Below, one piece after another: positions 52,159 to 64,000 of a stretch of DNA of 64,000 nucleotides. The translations under genes were made by a program, and so were the position numbers. Position 1 is the stretch's first letter. The number at the start of each line of letters is the position of its first letter. The DNA comes from Patellaria atrata CBS 101060 (taxonomy: Eukaryota), in NCBI GenBank assembly GCA_010093705.1, contig MU006089.1:415570-479569 (forward strand). The letters run 5' to 3'. The notes beneath the pieces were generated by a model. That model was not told the origin of the DNA, made no database searches, and worked only from the letters and a program-made list of their open reading frames with translations.

Positions 52159-54845
52159 ATGTCAAGTGCCGGTTTCGCCAACTCATTTTGGTCCAGCGAC
52201 TATGCTGGAGGTATACGCCGACCCCAATGCAATGTTCTCCTAAGAACACCTAGTTAACGGAATATCTAGGTCTTGGTGTCCTATTCGGAAAGTTACATCA
52301 GGGTGTCGAAGAAAATCAACAAGTATTAACCATTGCTCGAATGCGCGCCGAGTCGGAGGAGCTATACAGTAGAAGTCTTGCTGAGATCGGTCCAACCGCT
52401 GATAGTATACGGGGAGGTTTTGGTAAAGATGATGGAGCTAGTGTGCGGAAGGTACGTCTCTACGCGTATATTTGGACTTCATTCAAGAACTAATTTGTCC
52501 AAGGCATACGAAGGTGTACGATCCAGCATGGCCTCAGAAGCAGACAAGCACAAGGATATAGCCCGTAATATCAGAGAATTGGTTGTCAATCCTTTCAGTC
52601 GATGGTGTGAAGCGCACGCATCCCGCGTCCAGAATTCTCAGGATGATCTTCAATCAAGAATAAAGCTCCACGATAAGCAAGCAGAAGCAGTAAAGAAACT
52701 ACGGAGCCAATACTACAACAAGTGCCGTCTGGTGGAAGATCTCGAGGAAGAGGACAAATTAGCTTTTCAGGATCCTCAAAGTGAGGTAGTGCAGAGCCCA
52801 AAACCTAAAAACATACCTACAGTAAAGCTTTCAGAACCAGAAGAGCCGGAGGATGATCCAGAACCCATAGAAATAGGTGGAAAAGACTACATGCCTGATG
52901 ATGTTAAAAAGATTCTAACGCACATGCTAAATACCATCAAAATCGGAGAGGTAAAAGTTCCAATCTTAGGCACATATCAAAATGTATCCTCAGGTTCAGA
53001 TATCACCCAGTATATCCAACAGCACATGGGCGCCTCTAGTGTCAGCTTCGCAGAGAGCATTGGACAGGATATGGTAGCACACGGTTTCCTGAGACTGGTA
53101 GGCAATGTGGGCAATACTTTCGCCAATAGCTCCAAAATGAGCTACCAATGGAAACCCAGAGTGTTCGAGATCACTGGTATTCCAGAAAAAAAGGTGCCCA
53201 TGGCGAGAACTTTCTCTACTCTCTCGCAAGATAGTGTTGATTCTCCTGTGGGAGCTGTTGGGGAATATCTGGCTAATTGGAATCCCCTAAACAACCCATA
53301 TCCGAATGAGACACCGGCGGAAAAGCTACGTCGTGAAGCCCGTGAAACAGATGAGCGATACAAAGCTTCTGTGACAAAATTGGACTCACTACGTTGCAAT
53401 CTCGAAGAAGCTATGATTGATCATCTGAAATTCATGGAGCGCTGTGAGCTTGACAGGCTCAAAGCGATTAAAGCTGTAATTCTTGACTTCTCAGGAGCGA
53501 TTGGAAATGTCATCCCCAGTCTCCAGAGTACTGTAGACAACATGCTACTATTTCAGGAGACTGTACAGCCGGCAGGTGACCTTAGATACCTTCTCGAGAA
53601 CTACCGTACAGGTCAATTTGTCCCCAAGGTTCAAGTCTACGAAAACTATTATAACTCAGTAGACGGTATGTATTACAGAAATTGTGTCAGAGCAATATCT
53701 AACTCTCTGCAGAGCAAACATTCGGCGTGGACTTAGAAGCCAGAGCCCGTTCTGACAAGAAACGCGTACCTATTATTATTACAACTATCCTAACTTTCCT
53801 TGACAATCGTACGTAAAAGTGTCTATATTTCGATTGTATCCTCTAACTCTCCATAGACTATCCAGATCTCGAAGGTGATGAAGCCCGTCGTGGCATCTGG
53901 CTCGTCGACGTCCCACTGGCAGCAACCCACCACTTGCGCGATACCATCAACAACGGCAAAGCGATCCCTCACGAAGTTCTCGAGAAGTACGAAATACCCA
54001 TTGTCGCCAGCGTGCTGAAACTCTACCTTCTTGAACTTCCCGACTCCCTCGTATCTTCGCACGTCTACGAAATCGTCAAAACAATATACAGCACCACAGC
54101 CACCGATGCGAGTGAAGAGACCCGCATCTCAGTCATCCAATCGACTCTCGGCCAGCTCCGCCTGGCCAATATTGCTACCCTGGACGCCATCACAACGCAC
54201 TTCGTCCGTCTCATTGAGCTCACCTCCGCCGATGAAGCGTACGTTACCTCCCTCGCACACGCGCTCGCTCCCTGCATCTTAAGACCAAGGCAGGAGTCGA
54301 GCTTAACAATGAACGAGCGCTACGCCTACCGCCTCCTCCGCGACCTCTTCGCTCACAAAGACGCCATCTTCGGAGAACTCAAACGTGCCTCCTCTCTTGC
54401 ACACTCTTCGTCAGCAGCGACATCACGTCCCCGCGCAATCAGCACTGACGAATCTAACCGCCGTGCTCACATGGAGGAGCGCGCGAGAGCGATAGCCAAC
54501 CGCTCCCGCGCGTCATCCCCAGCACCGGGTCCCCGCACTCATCGCAGAGAAAAGTCCTCAGGCGGTCCGGAGACTAGGTTCCCAGTCGCGACGAGCAGCC
54601 CCACTGAGCGAAGGGCAACGGGTCCGGCGAGGAATAGTCTTGAGGTTCCTGGCAGCGTGGATGGGAGCCCCGTCACGGAGATCAAGACGAATGGGACAGA
54701 GGACACGAAGAGGGATTCTCTTGGTAGGGGGATGGGAGCCGGTGTGGGCGTACAAAGGGTTCAGAGGAAGGCACCACCGAATGCGGTGGGAACCCCAACT
54801 GAGACTAGGGGCGTGCAGTTAACGGATCGGCCCATGGATGATTAG
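52159..54845 (+). CDS. RGD2: F-BAR/DEP/RhoGAP protein (Rgd2/Rga8 family); 5 exons
   Basis: GFANSFWSSDYAG|GLGVLFGKL, KVPILGTY, GFLRLVGNVGNTFANSS, YLLENYRTG, FGVDLEAR, VLKLYLLELPDSL. Confidence 0.9.
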
Positions 54846-56343
54846 GTGGACTTGTGAGTCTTCGATGATTAGAGATACTCGAGGAGGCTATGAACGGCAA
54901 TCAAATGATCCAAGGTATTGAAAATGAGCGAATGAGAAGGTGAGGTCTATTTGAATACGACATACCGATATGATTGAGTAAGTATCTCACTGAGCAGTTC
55001 TGGAACCCTTCCATGGGTCACTTTTTGAGGAAAGTTCTGGCGGTAAAATGGTGTTATGTTCTTGATTTCCTGGATGTATAATATGACCTCTACTTCTCTA
55101 GCTAGTATAGTGTGATATTGTAATGAATACGATGATTGTGCCTCATATAGCGCAATAGGGCCCCTTATGATGAGATCTTATGTCTACGATTGTTTTCTTC
55201 TCTCAGGATCTACACTCCAGCTATGGAGTACATTAGATCTATAACACACAAATCCATCATGTCAACTTGGCCTCAACAATGGTGGCATGTAATGGAATGG
55301 ATTTTTCCAATAGACCTAGAAGACGTTAAGAACTATGCCAAGAGCTTAGAACTACAATCACTGTCCAAGGTCGAAGCGAGATACTTCATGTCTACTCTTA
55401 GCTACAGGAAGGCTTCTGGCACTGATCTCGATTCAATGCGTTATAGGTAAAGGTTTTCTTGATTTCTAGTGATATCGATATTCTCTTCCTCTTTTTGGAA
55501 TTTCTGTCATATGTTTCAACCTCTTCTACTGTTCCAAACTTCCAACCCTCAGGCACGCAGTATTAAGAACGTAAAGTATTCTGGCTAATAGCTCTGCCAC
55601 TACATTCAGCTACGCCATCAGTAGTAAACTTTCAGACTGTGGATCATTTCCTGATACCTTATTAGAGCAGAAGCAGATCCGTGTATGATTGAGGAGACCT
55701 TGTAGCTGGCTGGATGCATAAAATGGAAACCTGATGCCATGCGAAGTGGGAGAGAGTGCATGGCGGCAACAATCCTCCGCTCTAGATTTCAGGACAACGC
55801 TTCAATGAAATACAACGTACATTCTCAAAAATCCGCTTTTATGAACGTAGAACATTCAGCTATATGGACTAGAGCCATTAGACGCCATAGCTTTTCTTGC
55901 GTATTCCGACAGCAATCCGGCTCAAGGAGTTACATTACGCACGTTGCATATTTGACTTCCTTTAATAGTCACTGTTAACCAGCAACTGCTGGGTTGGGAA
56001 ACTTTCTAGCTGAAATTGAACGTTAGGCTGGTGATCGGGATAAAGATCAAGGAAGTTTTACAAAGATTCAGTTCAACCGCCTCAGACCCTCCATAAAACC
56101 AAGTTATCTTGCCGCCTGTACCCACTCTCACGGAGAGTCTGTAGTGTGAATAAAGACTAACACCTCAGAATGGCTGGCTGAGTCACTGCTTCAGTTATTG
56201 GTTTCGTTGACTATACCGCAAGGAGATTGTACGCCTTGATCGACAAATGCAGTGGGTGGGTATGTGCTTCATCTATAACTATACTTTTCAATCCTATGTC
56301 TACCTCTCCTTTCAATTTCAAACAGACAAGTCTCAATTTCAAC

Positions 56344-58882
56344 ATGGCAGCACCTAAAGAGAGTCCACTTGATCGTTTGAAACGTATCTTTAAATCAACT
56401 TACGAGGATGATCTCAAACCCTATCAAATCACTGGCATTAAAAATGGCTTTGAGCCGAATGGGGAAGTGCAGATCAGGATGGAGATTGACAAGTTGTGGA
56501 ATTCGGATGAACCGATTCATGTCAATCAACTATCCCTCTTCATACTCGCAGTGAAGAAGTTTCAAGCAATTCCGTTCAACCAGAAATTGTCCTACTTTCG
56601 AATCGCAGGCTAGTAGCTATGGTGGGTTATATCTATAAATTCCAAGTGACTGACTATATACTCTTCTGGATAGGAATCCATGGTCTCCCTTGAGTCACTT
56701 GGGTCGAGGGTCAGGTTGACGGAGGTGGATGGTATTGCGCTCACTCCGAGAATACTTTCCCAACATGGGATCGCCCATATCTACTTCTCTTCGAGGTAAG
56801 TTAACGAGTAAAATCATAATTCCATTCCACAGCTAAAACCCTACATGCAGCAACGTTTATCCGAGTTAATGACAGAAAAAGGAGAAATAATCTCTGGATC
56901 TCCCAGCGAAGACCAAGCAGAGCTTAAGCACGCAGCAGATACATTTCACCTTCTATATTGGGATTAGGCAGCGAAGAAAGAGATGTACGAAGGTGTTTAT
57001 GACGATGATGTCCCCTTAATCCTTCAGCAAGAAGCCGTCAAGATTTGAACCAAGGACGGACTTCGATGGAGGCAGAATCCCTTATTTGGGTTCAAGATTT
57101 CGGGAGGAAAGACCATGGCCGGATGCGGAGTTGACTCTAAGATAAGCATGGTATGAACTCCCCCTTTCCTTCCCCCCAGAAAAAACATCTTCCTGGAGAA
57201 CATAGTAAACGTTTAACACTGTTCCAAGGAGTCGGTGGAAATTAAACGCAACATGACGTCGCAAACTGCATAAGCACCAGTAGGCATGCTTCGGTACAAC
57301 ACGAAGAAGATAAGACCTACTCCATCTCCTGTTATGAAGGACGGCAGGACAATGATGGCGTGAGAAGAACACTGAGAGACTACAAGCTCCAAACACCTGA
57401 AAATTTTCCGGACAAAAGTAAGAGTGGAATGATCATTGGGGGGGTTCTGAACGAACCTCTTCAAGAAGCATGCTACCGAGTTCTCACTATCGGTGATTAC
57501 GAAAGCTTTTCCGCCGGAAATCGTGCCAATAGCAATAACTAGGGATCCCTAAAGTCACTTCACAACACGATCCATAGTTATTGTGGGGGAGCCAGTGATA
57601 TTAGAACGATTGGTAGGGTTAAATGTGGGCACATGTCTTATATCGCCGTTACTGCATTTGGCCCTATCTTTTGGTTACATCATAGGTAAGTACTTGCCTT
57701 CACTAATAGCTGGTATGTCTCTGGATGCTTTGATTATGTCAGCAATGTTGATCGTCTCTTCACTATTTGGCTCGCACTTTACCCTCTAACCACTGACCAG
57801 CCGCAGCATTGGTTCGAAGATCCCACAAGGGCTCAAAAAGCATTAAAGCCATTCCATAAATCCTTGGAATCAGATGGCTTCTGGACTTCTGACGATACTA
57901 GGGAAACAGGGAACCTTGGTTACACTTACCCTGATGTGCCCAAAAAGCTCCAAATTCAGGATGGTAGACGTACATTCATCAGTGTACGAACGCAAGAGGA
58001 ACTCATTCGTGATCTCAACGGACTCTATGGTTCAACCAGACATGGAGTACAGAAAGCTCATCAGAAGCCTGTTGCGTCGAGGGTATTGAAATTAGCGGAT
58101 GCATTTCAACGCAGGGAGGAAGTAAGGATTCAGGCCCAGATCACAAATGCCGATCCTCTCCCCGAAGTCATTCATGAGAAAGTCTACATCGCGCTTATCA
58201 AATATGAAATGTGAGGTTATAACCCTTCGCTAGTAGCAGGCTGCTAATCAGGTTGAGATTCGATCTTCGAGGCGAACCATTCAGCGTCGATCTCTTCATT
58301 GGTAAAGTTCCCGAGACGAACACACCTCATGATGCACTGGAATTCAAAACCCTCGTCGAGCGGGTTTATTTTTTCGTTACCCTGGTGGAGATAGAAGATG
58401 TTGCGGAAACACCTCAATGTAAGAACTGCGAAAAGCAAGCTAGTAAACACGTCGAAGGCACCGGCCAAATCGTCCTGAAAAACTCTCTCATCACCCCTTC
58501 AAACAGCAACTAGAGCATGAGAATACAGTCCACCGGAACCAGGAGCTGCGCTCGCTAGATCCAGAGGATATCGCACCTTTCTTGAAGGACAATTTGCACT
58601 GGCGCATTGTAACCGTAAGTTAATCCACATCTCTCTTCTTCACGACTATCCTCTCTGCATTAGCTAACATTTTCCTAGACCGATGGAATCTTGCGCAAGG
58701 AGGACGTTCCTTCCCTGAAGGTCGCTGTCGCTGTCGGCGAAGCCACCCATTTCGCCGACAGTACCAAGCTGTCCATTTACGAAAAGTACAAGATTCTGTA
58801 CGAAATTACCGACAATCGTCTGGCTGGTGCTCAGCCCGAAGATCATCTGCTCGACGGCTCGGATCTTTACGACAATGCGTGA
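56344..58882 (+). pseudogene. Tyrosinase pseudogene (type-3 copper protein with C-terminal domain)
   Basis: SYFRIA|GIHGLP*, YCAHSENTFPTWDRPYLLLFE, LLYWD*A, LHNTIHSYCGG, GHMS, PIFWLHH, LKPFH, LGYTYPD; several stops and frameshifts. Confidence 0.88.
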
Positions 58883-59484
58883 AAGCGGGGACCGATGCTG
58901 TCTCTTCACTACCTCTGCTGTAGATCTCTTCAATGTCTTCACGTGCTCTTATTCACTTGAATAGAGACTAGACTAGCTCGATGAGAACTAAAGCTCTCCT
59001 AACTCAATGATATGTTGCATCCTTTCCTCTGTCTCCTAACTGTACAAAGAAAGTCAGAAAATTGGCAAGTTATATTAAGGGGCAAAAGATGCTGCTGAGC
59101 ACAACATAGTTATTTCTACAGTAGCGCGCATTCGATGATGCTGTCTTCAACCACACAACTAATTTGACTACCGGTACCGGTACGGAGGATTCTGTGTGCC
59201 AGAGCAGACGGGATGTGAGGAGCATCCCGTCCGTTCTGCCGCTTGCGATTTGCGATTTGCGATTCTCGATATGCTCACTTACCGTATTAGGAATCATGAC
59301 TGAGTAAACAATCTACAAAACATTTTGCCCAGATATCTGCTTTCACTTTTCCTAGAAATCTAAAATCGAGCAACTTAGTTTCCGAAATTTTATAGTTCAA
59401 CGCGCCTCCACCATTCTGGTCGGCGTACAGCAACCCCCCCCCCCTCCTCCTCCCTCTCCCCCTCCACCCTCCCTTTCCTATTCT

Positions 59485-60321
59485 CTACTTAGACTCGAAA
59501 TAATTTTCCTGCAACGCATCGTGCAGGCGAGCGAAGACACCACCATGCCAAGTCCTAAAATCCGCCCACTCCTCCTCAGGCAAGGTGAGGGAAAGCATAT
59601 TCAACCAGCCACCAACGATCAAATCAGCATAATTCGGCTCCTTGCCCTCCAAATACGGCCCCGCTTCGTTCACCGCGAACAGCTCCGCCAACGATGTCAG
59701 CGCGCCCTTGAACGCAGCCGTGATCTGCGCCCTCGCTTCCCCCTTCACGCAGATATCGTCCCAGGACCTCAGGTGCGCGCGCTTGACGAACAGCGCCCTC
59801 ACCTCCTCCGCTGTGGAGGGGTTGAAGGGGAGGAACTGCGCGACGAGCACGACGTGCGAGGAGAAGGTGCAGTCGACGTGCATGTTGAAGGTGGCGTAGT
59901 CCTCGTGTTCGGCGCCGCGGTTGGAAGTCAGCGGCGCGAAGAAGGCGGTGTCTTTGTTCGGGCTCTCGTAGTCGAGGCCGGTGCGGGTAGAGTCGGCGGG
60001 GAAAAGACGGCCGCCGGAGGAGGGGAAGGTGGCGTCGAGGTAGTTGGCGATGTCGAAGGAGTCGCCGATCACCTGGCCCGAGGAGGCGTCGCGTAGCATC
60101 GGTAACGTGTAGTAGTCAGAGCCATCGTCGAATTTGCGTGTTGCGGGGGTGTTGAGGCTTTTGCGCACGGTGGGGATGTCGGGGATGTCGACCCAGGTTG
60201 TTTTGAAGGGAACGCGTTTGAAGTTGAGCGCGAGGCGTGCTTTGGAGGGGTTGACGGCGTAGGTGCGCGGTTCGAGGGGGGAGGAGATGTCGTAGAAGAT
60301 GAGGGGGTTGGAGGATGTCAT
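59485..60321 (-). CDS. Glutathione S-transferase-like protein (fungal GST-FuA/UstS-like family); single exon
   Basis: KARLALNFKRVPFKTTWV, YTLPML, IGDSFDIANYLDATFP, YLEGKEPNYADLIVGGWL. Confidence 0.88.
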   Translation of the reverse strand: MTSSNPLIFYDISSPLEPRTYAVNPSKARLALNFKRVPFKTTWVDIPDIPTVRKSLNTPATRKFDDGSDYYTLPMLRDASSGQVIGDSFDIANYLDATFPSSGGRLFPADSTRTGLDYESPNKDTAFFAPLTSNRGAEHEDYATFNMHVDCTFSSHVVLVAQFLPFNPSTAEEVRALFVKRAHLRSWDDICVKGEARAQITAAFKGALTSLAELFAVNEAGPYLEGKEPNYADLIVGGWLNMLSLTLPEEEWADFRTWHGGVFARLHDALQENYFESK

Positions 60322-61820
60322 TTTGATGGAGGTAGGTGTGGTGTTAGAGCGGGGTGGGACAGAGAATTTGATTCTGTTCTTTCTTGGCCGCGGTTCTAGT
60401 TCTACCAGTTTGTTTGTCCACCGCCTTCTAGTTTTCTTACTTTTTTTTTTTGGGTGTTCAAATCAGAATTGTTGATCTTGCCTTCGGTACTCCTTCGATG
60501 ACAACGAAGACTCTGTAAATTCACTAGGCCGTAGACCTTAGAATGCAAGTGGTAGTAAAGCAAATGATAGTTGTAGACCAACTGATGGTGTTTAGAGATT
60601 GTTTTGTTTTTTTTGGTAGATAAATTCCTATCGACTATGATCTATTAGCCAAGTCGCTAATATATACAAAGTAAACACTGACCATGTAGATTGCGTCATG
60701 AAACATGGCGAGGGAAAGCATAACTGTCATAGCTTTTAATCCTATACTGTATCTTATACCATATTAGTACGGTGTTTTAGTACGGTGTTCTGTAGAGTTA
60801 CCATCCTGAGCTTCTCTCCGATCATACCTTTTCGCTGGATTAATAGCCACTGGGAGAATAGCTCCACCCGACAGATCTTCAATCGTTTCGAACGGTCCGC
60901 TAGAGCTTTCAACAGCTAGAGATGTTGAAAGTTCAAAGCTAACAAAGAAAGCGATTCCAACTGTAGGCCGACGAAGATCTGTATATAGATGTTGATTGCC
61001 GTCTTACTCTTTCCAGCATTCATCCAGAAACCTCACACGCTGGGATTATGATAATGATTTCATCCTATGGATTCACCCTCCGGTGGTTGTAGTTCTAGGA
61101 GTTCCATCTGCGCACGAAGTTCTTCTATTAGTCCCATGTTTGTCTAAAGAAGTTACTGGTGTATTTGAGTTTGGTAAAGTTGAAGGTGATGAAGGTAAGA
61201 TTAAATCAAGGATTCATGATGGTTAGCGCATCCTACAGGGCCGATTCAGCACAAAATACAGCCAATTATTCATCCAATTCGCCCTCATCCTCGACACGGG
61301 ATTGGCTTAATTATGGAAACGAAGACATGATCACACGGGTACGCTAACCACTGTGGATAAGTGATTTACTGTACTTGGGTATGATCGAAACAGAGAAGAA
61401 ACGAGAAACGGGAGTAGGAGCTGCAGTACACAGGTAAGAAAAATTTGGAGAAGTTTTGTTCTCTTGATATTCTTATTCCATGTTCGATGTCATTCATCCT
61501 GAATACAATAAATAGCTCGAAAACTTCTCTCAAAGATTTGCCCGGGTGTGTGATAGTGCGTGAATAAGTCAGGAGGTCAGGTCTTTCATTTTGAGACTGG
61601 GAGTCAGTAACTCGTGGTGGGGTGGCCGAAAAACTCAGTACGCAGGTTGATATCAGAAGGCACAAATATCTCTCACTACTAACACAATCTGTTATTAATA
61701 CTACTACTACTACTAAACATTCGTCTCTCATCTCTCATCTCTCGTCACTCATCTCATCATCTCACATCTCTCCACTCTATATACACGTTTCCCCTTTCCC
61801 TCCTCCTCACCGGATACCCC

Positions 61821-64000
61821 TTACTTCCCAGGCGGCGACAGCCTCGAAAGCCCAAGACACTCCGCCATGCCGAAGAAGACGTCGATGCTGCTATAAACAC
61901 CACCGAAAATCTCTTGACAAGGTCCCATCGCGAAGACAGGTACATCAGTCAACGAATGCACGCCCTGATCCGCGCTGACGGGTAACGTCCCATTTATCAC
62001 GAACCCGGACGGCGCATCCTTAGGATTAACCATATAATCGTCCTCATCCTCTGTGATATTTGTCGCCGGTTTCCTCGGCCCTCCCTTATGAACCTGGTAG
62101 TTCTCCCTGTGATCCGGGTTCGCGCTGACGCCAGAGAAGAGCGTGTAGCGGGGGTCCCAATTGGAGGGGAAGTTTGTGCCTTCCGTGTATGTCAGGTTCC
62201 CCGTGAGTATGTACTGCGACTCGCCGGAGTTCTGGTATGTGCCGATTGCGTCGCGCTTCTTGCGGTCCGTCGTCTGCGCGTTCAGGTACATCGTGTCGAC
62301 GGAGCCCATGACGTCGAAGCCGTGGCCGTGGTCTGCGGTCACGAGAATAAGGGTGTCGTTGAAGGCGCCGTTAGCCTTGAGGTGCGCGATCGAGGCTTTA
62401 ATCGTGTCGTCGAGTTCGAGTAGCTCGCCGAGGGCCCGGTCGTAGTCGAGCACGTGCATCATTTTGTCGATGGACGCGGCTTCAGACATGATGAACCATC
62501 CCCCATCGCCGCTGCGCTCCTCGAGGATGTCAATGGCTTTCAAGGTCATCTCTTTGAGGCCGGGTTGGTTGGTAGCGTCATTACCGGAACCATCGGGGCT
62601 GTTTTCTTGCCCTTCGAGGTTGTCGGTGTAGACGTTTCGGTCAAGCCATTTGGCCATGTTTGAAACGGAGAAGATTCCAAGAGTTTTGGAGTCGTTAGAC
62701 GCGGCAGCAAGTTCGGTGGCATCTTGGACTACCTGGTAGCCCTTGTTGGCGAATTCGGCGTAGTAGTCCTTGTCCATGTATGTTTCTCCGCCGAGGGAAG
62801 AATTGAAGATGTTCTCCGCACCTCCGCCAAACAAAACATCTGGTCCGTTCCATTCCGTCCATGAGTAATTAGTTATTCCATTAAGGAATGAGTCAATGAC
62901 AGCGCCATATTCACTACGGGCTCGAGTATGCTACTGAAGTTAGGACTGATAATCGTGAATCCCAAGATATTACATACGGCGGTCAAAGCGGCTGGCGTTG
63001 CGTCTGCGATAAACGCAGTGCTTACGATACCAACGTGGCCGCCACAAATTCGGTGAAAGATTTCCGCAATGGTTTCAATCTTAGGATCATCGAACGGATC
63101 TGCACTGCTGTCACCGTAGACGCCGAGTGCGTTAACGACTGATTTGTGCCCAGTATACAATGCAGTCGCCGAGTTTGCGGAGTCAGTAATAAAAGTATCG
63201 AGGGAATGCGTCATTTGATGTCCTAATAAACAATTAGCTCTGTTTATACTCGAATATCAGAGGATATGTACCAAGGACTGGGAATTGATCCATCGCCTGT
63301 TTAGTTGTTAGGTGAATTCACTATATTATCAGATTGAGTAATCTCACCATCCTCGTCTGATATTTTCCATTCTTTTGCTTGTGGGCGATCAAGCGTGCGG
63401 CCTATCAAGCGTTAGATCTATCCCATACTCGGTCGTGCTATTAGGGGATAAGGGGAGCTATTGCTCTGCCACGCCTATGCAAAACTTACAGTGATCATGT
63501 TGGTTGTCATTCCGTCGCCGATGAAGAGAATGACATTCTTAGCCTTGCGGACCTCCTGAATATCCCTCACTAGCCAAGTCGCCTCGGAAGTCGTACCGTT
63601 GTTGTAAGTCAGGATGGCAGTGTATTCTCCAGGCTCATACAAGGCAACCTTTCGGTAGATCTTAGAAGCGACATTGACAATGGACTTGTTCTTAGCATCA
63701 CGAGCGAATAGATCTATTATTTTGTATGAGCAAGCGTTAAAATAGCCAGCTGTGCAAAGAGATTACCCACCCTCGTACCACCCAAACGACCAGCTCTCGA
63801 GCTCTGGCTCTTCAAGACCGAAATACGCGGCAGCAGTCTGCGCCTCGGTATCAGAATCCGCTTTCGCGATGGTGAATATAAAGTTCTCATCTGGTTCTAA
63901 ACCATTGGCTTCTGAACCATTGACTGGCGCGTGAACTTCCAAGCGGATGTCGAAGTACTGTCCAGCTAGGAAGTCGGCTCTACATTAGATCAGCATTGCT
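61821..64000 (-). CDS. Alkaline phosphatase, 5' end beyond the window; multi-exon
   Basis: AKNVILFIGDGM, TDSANSATA (catalytic Ser), ADATPAA, EAASIDKMMH, VTADHGH, GVHSLTDVPVFA. Confidence 0.93.

Noticed and set aside
55190..55450. Isolated 86-aa ORF between RGD2 and the tyrosinase
   Set aside because: It looks protein-like but has no identifiable family or supporting exons.
61698..61770. (TAC)n and (TCTCA)n simple repeats
   Set aside because: Ordinary microsatellites in the alkaline phosphatase 3' region.

Overview
This is eukaryotic genomic DNA from a filamentous ascomycete (Pezizomycotina; Dothideomycete-like is an impression only), with short GT-AG introns and CTRAC branch sites, so the ORF track fragments most genes. 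The backbone is housekeeping genes: an uncharacterised conserved protein, a SAM methyltransferase, an Esc2/Rad60 SUMO-like protein, TRM112, YTM1, a histidine phosphatase, three 20S proteasome subunits (PRE10, PUP3, PRE1), MRPL25, a Zn2Cys6 transcription factor, GFA1, STK19, RRP9, CDC43, RGD2, a GST and a partial alkaline phosphatase. Interleaved are a dispersed 5S rRNA gene, three pseudogenes (LRR protein, FunK1 kinase, tyrosinase), a truncated Tad1-like LINE abutting a solo LTR, a 324-bp hAT-type MITE with a perfect 8-bp TSD, and three 18-bp minisatellites in a 7-kb intergenic region. I found no convincing complete novel system. The best leads are a recurrent C-rich to G-rich skew flip, the related 18-bp arrays, GGAGCT(T) motifs in all three proteasome promoters, a microexon-built CxxC-x3-CxxC motif, and a tRNA-like remnant in an enlarged intron. 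Exon boundaries were read by eye.
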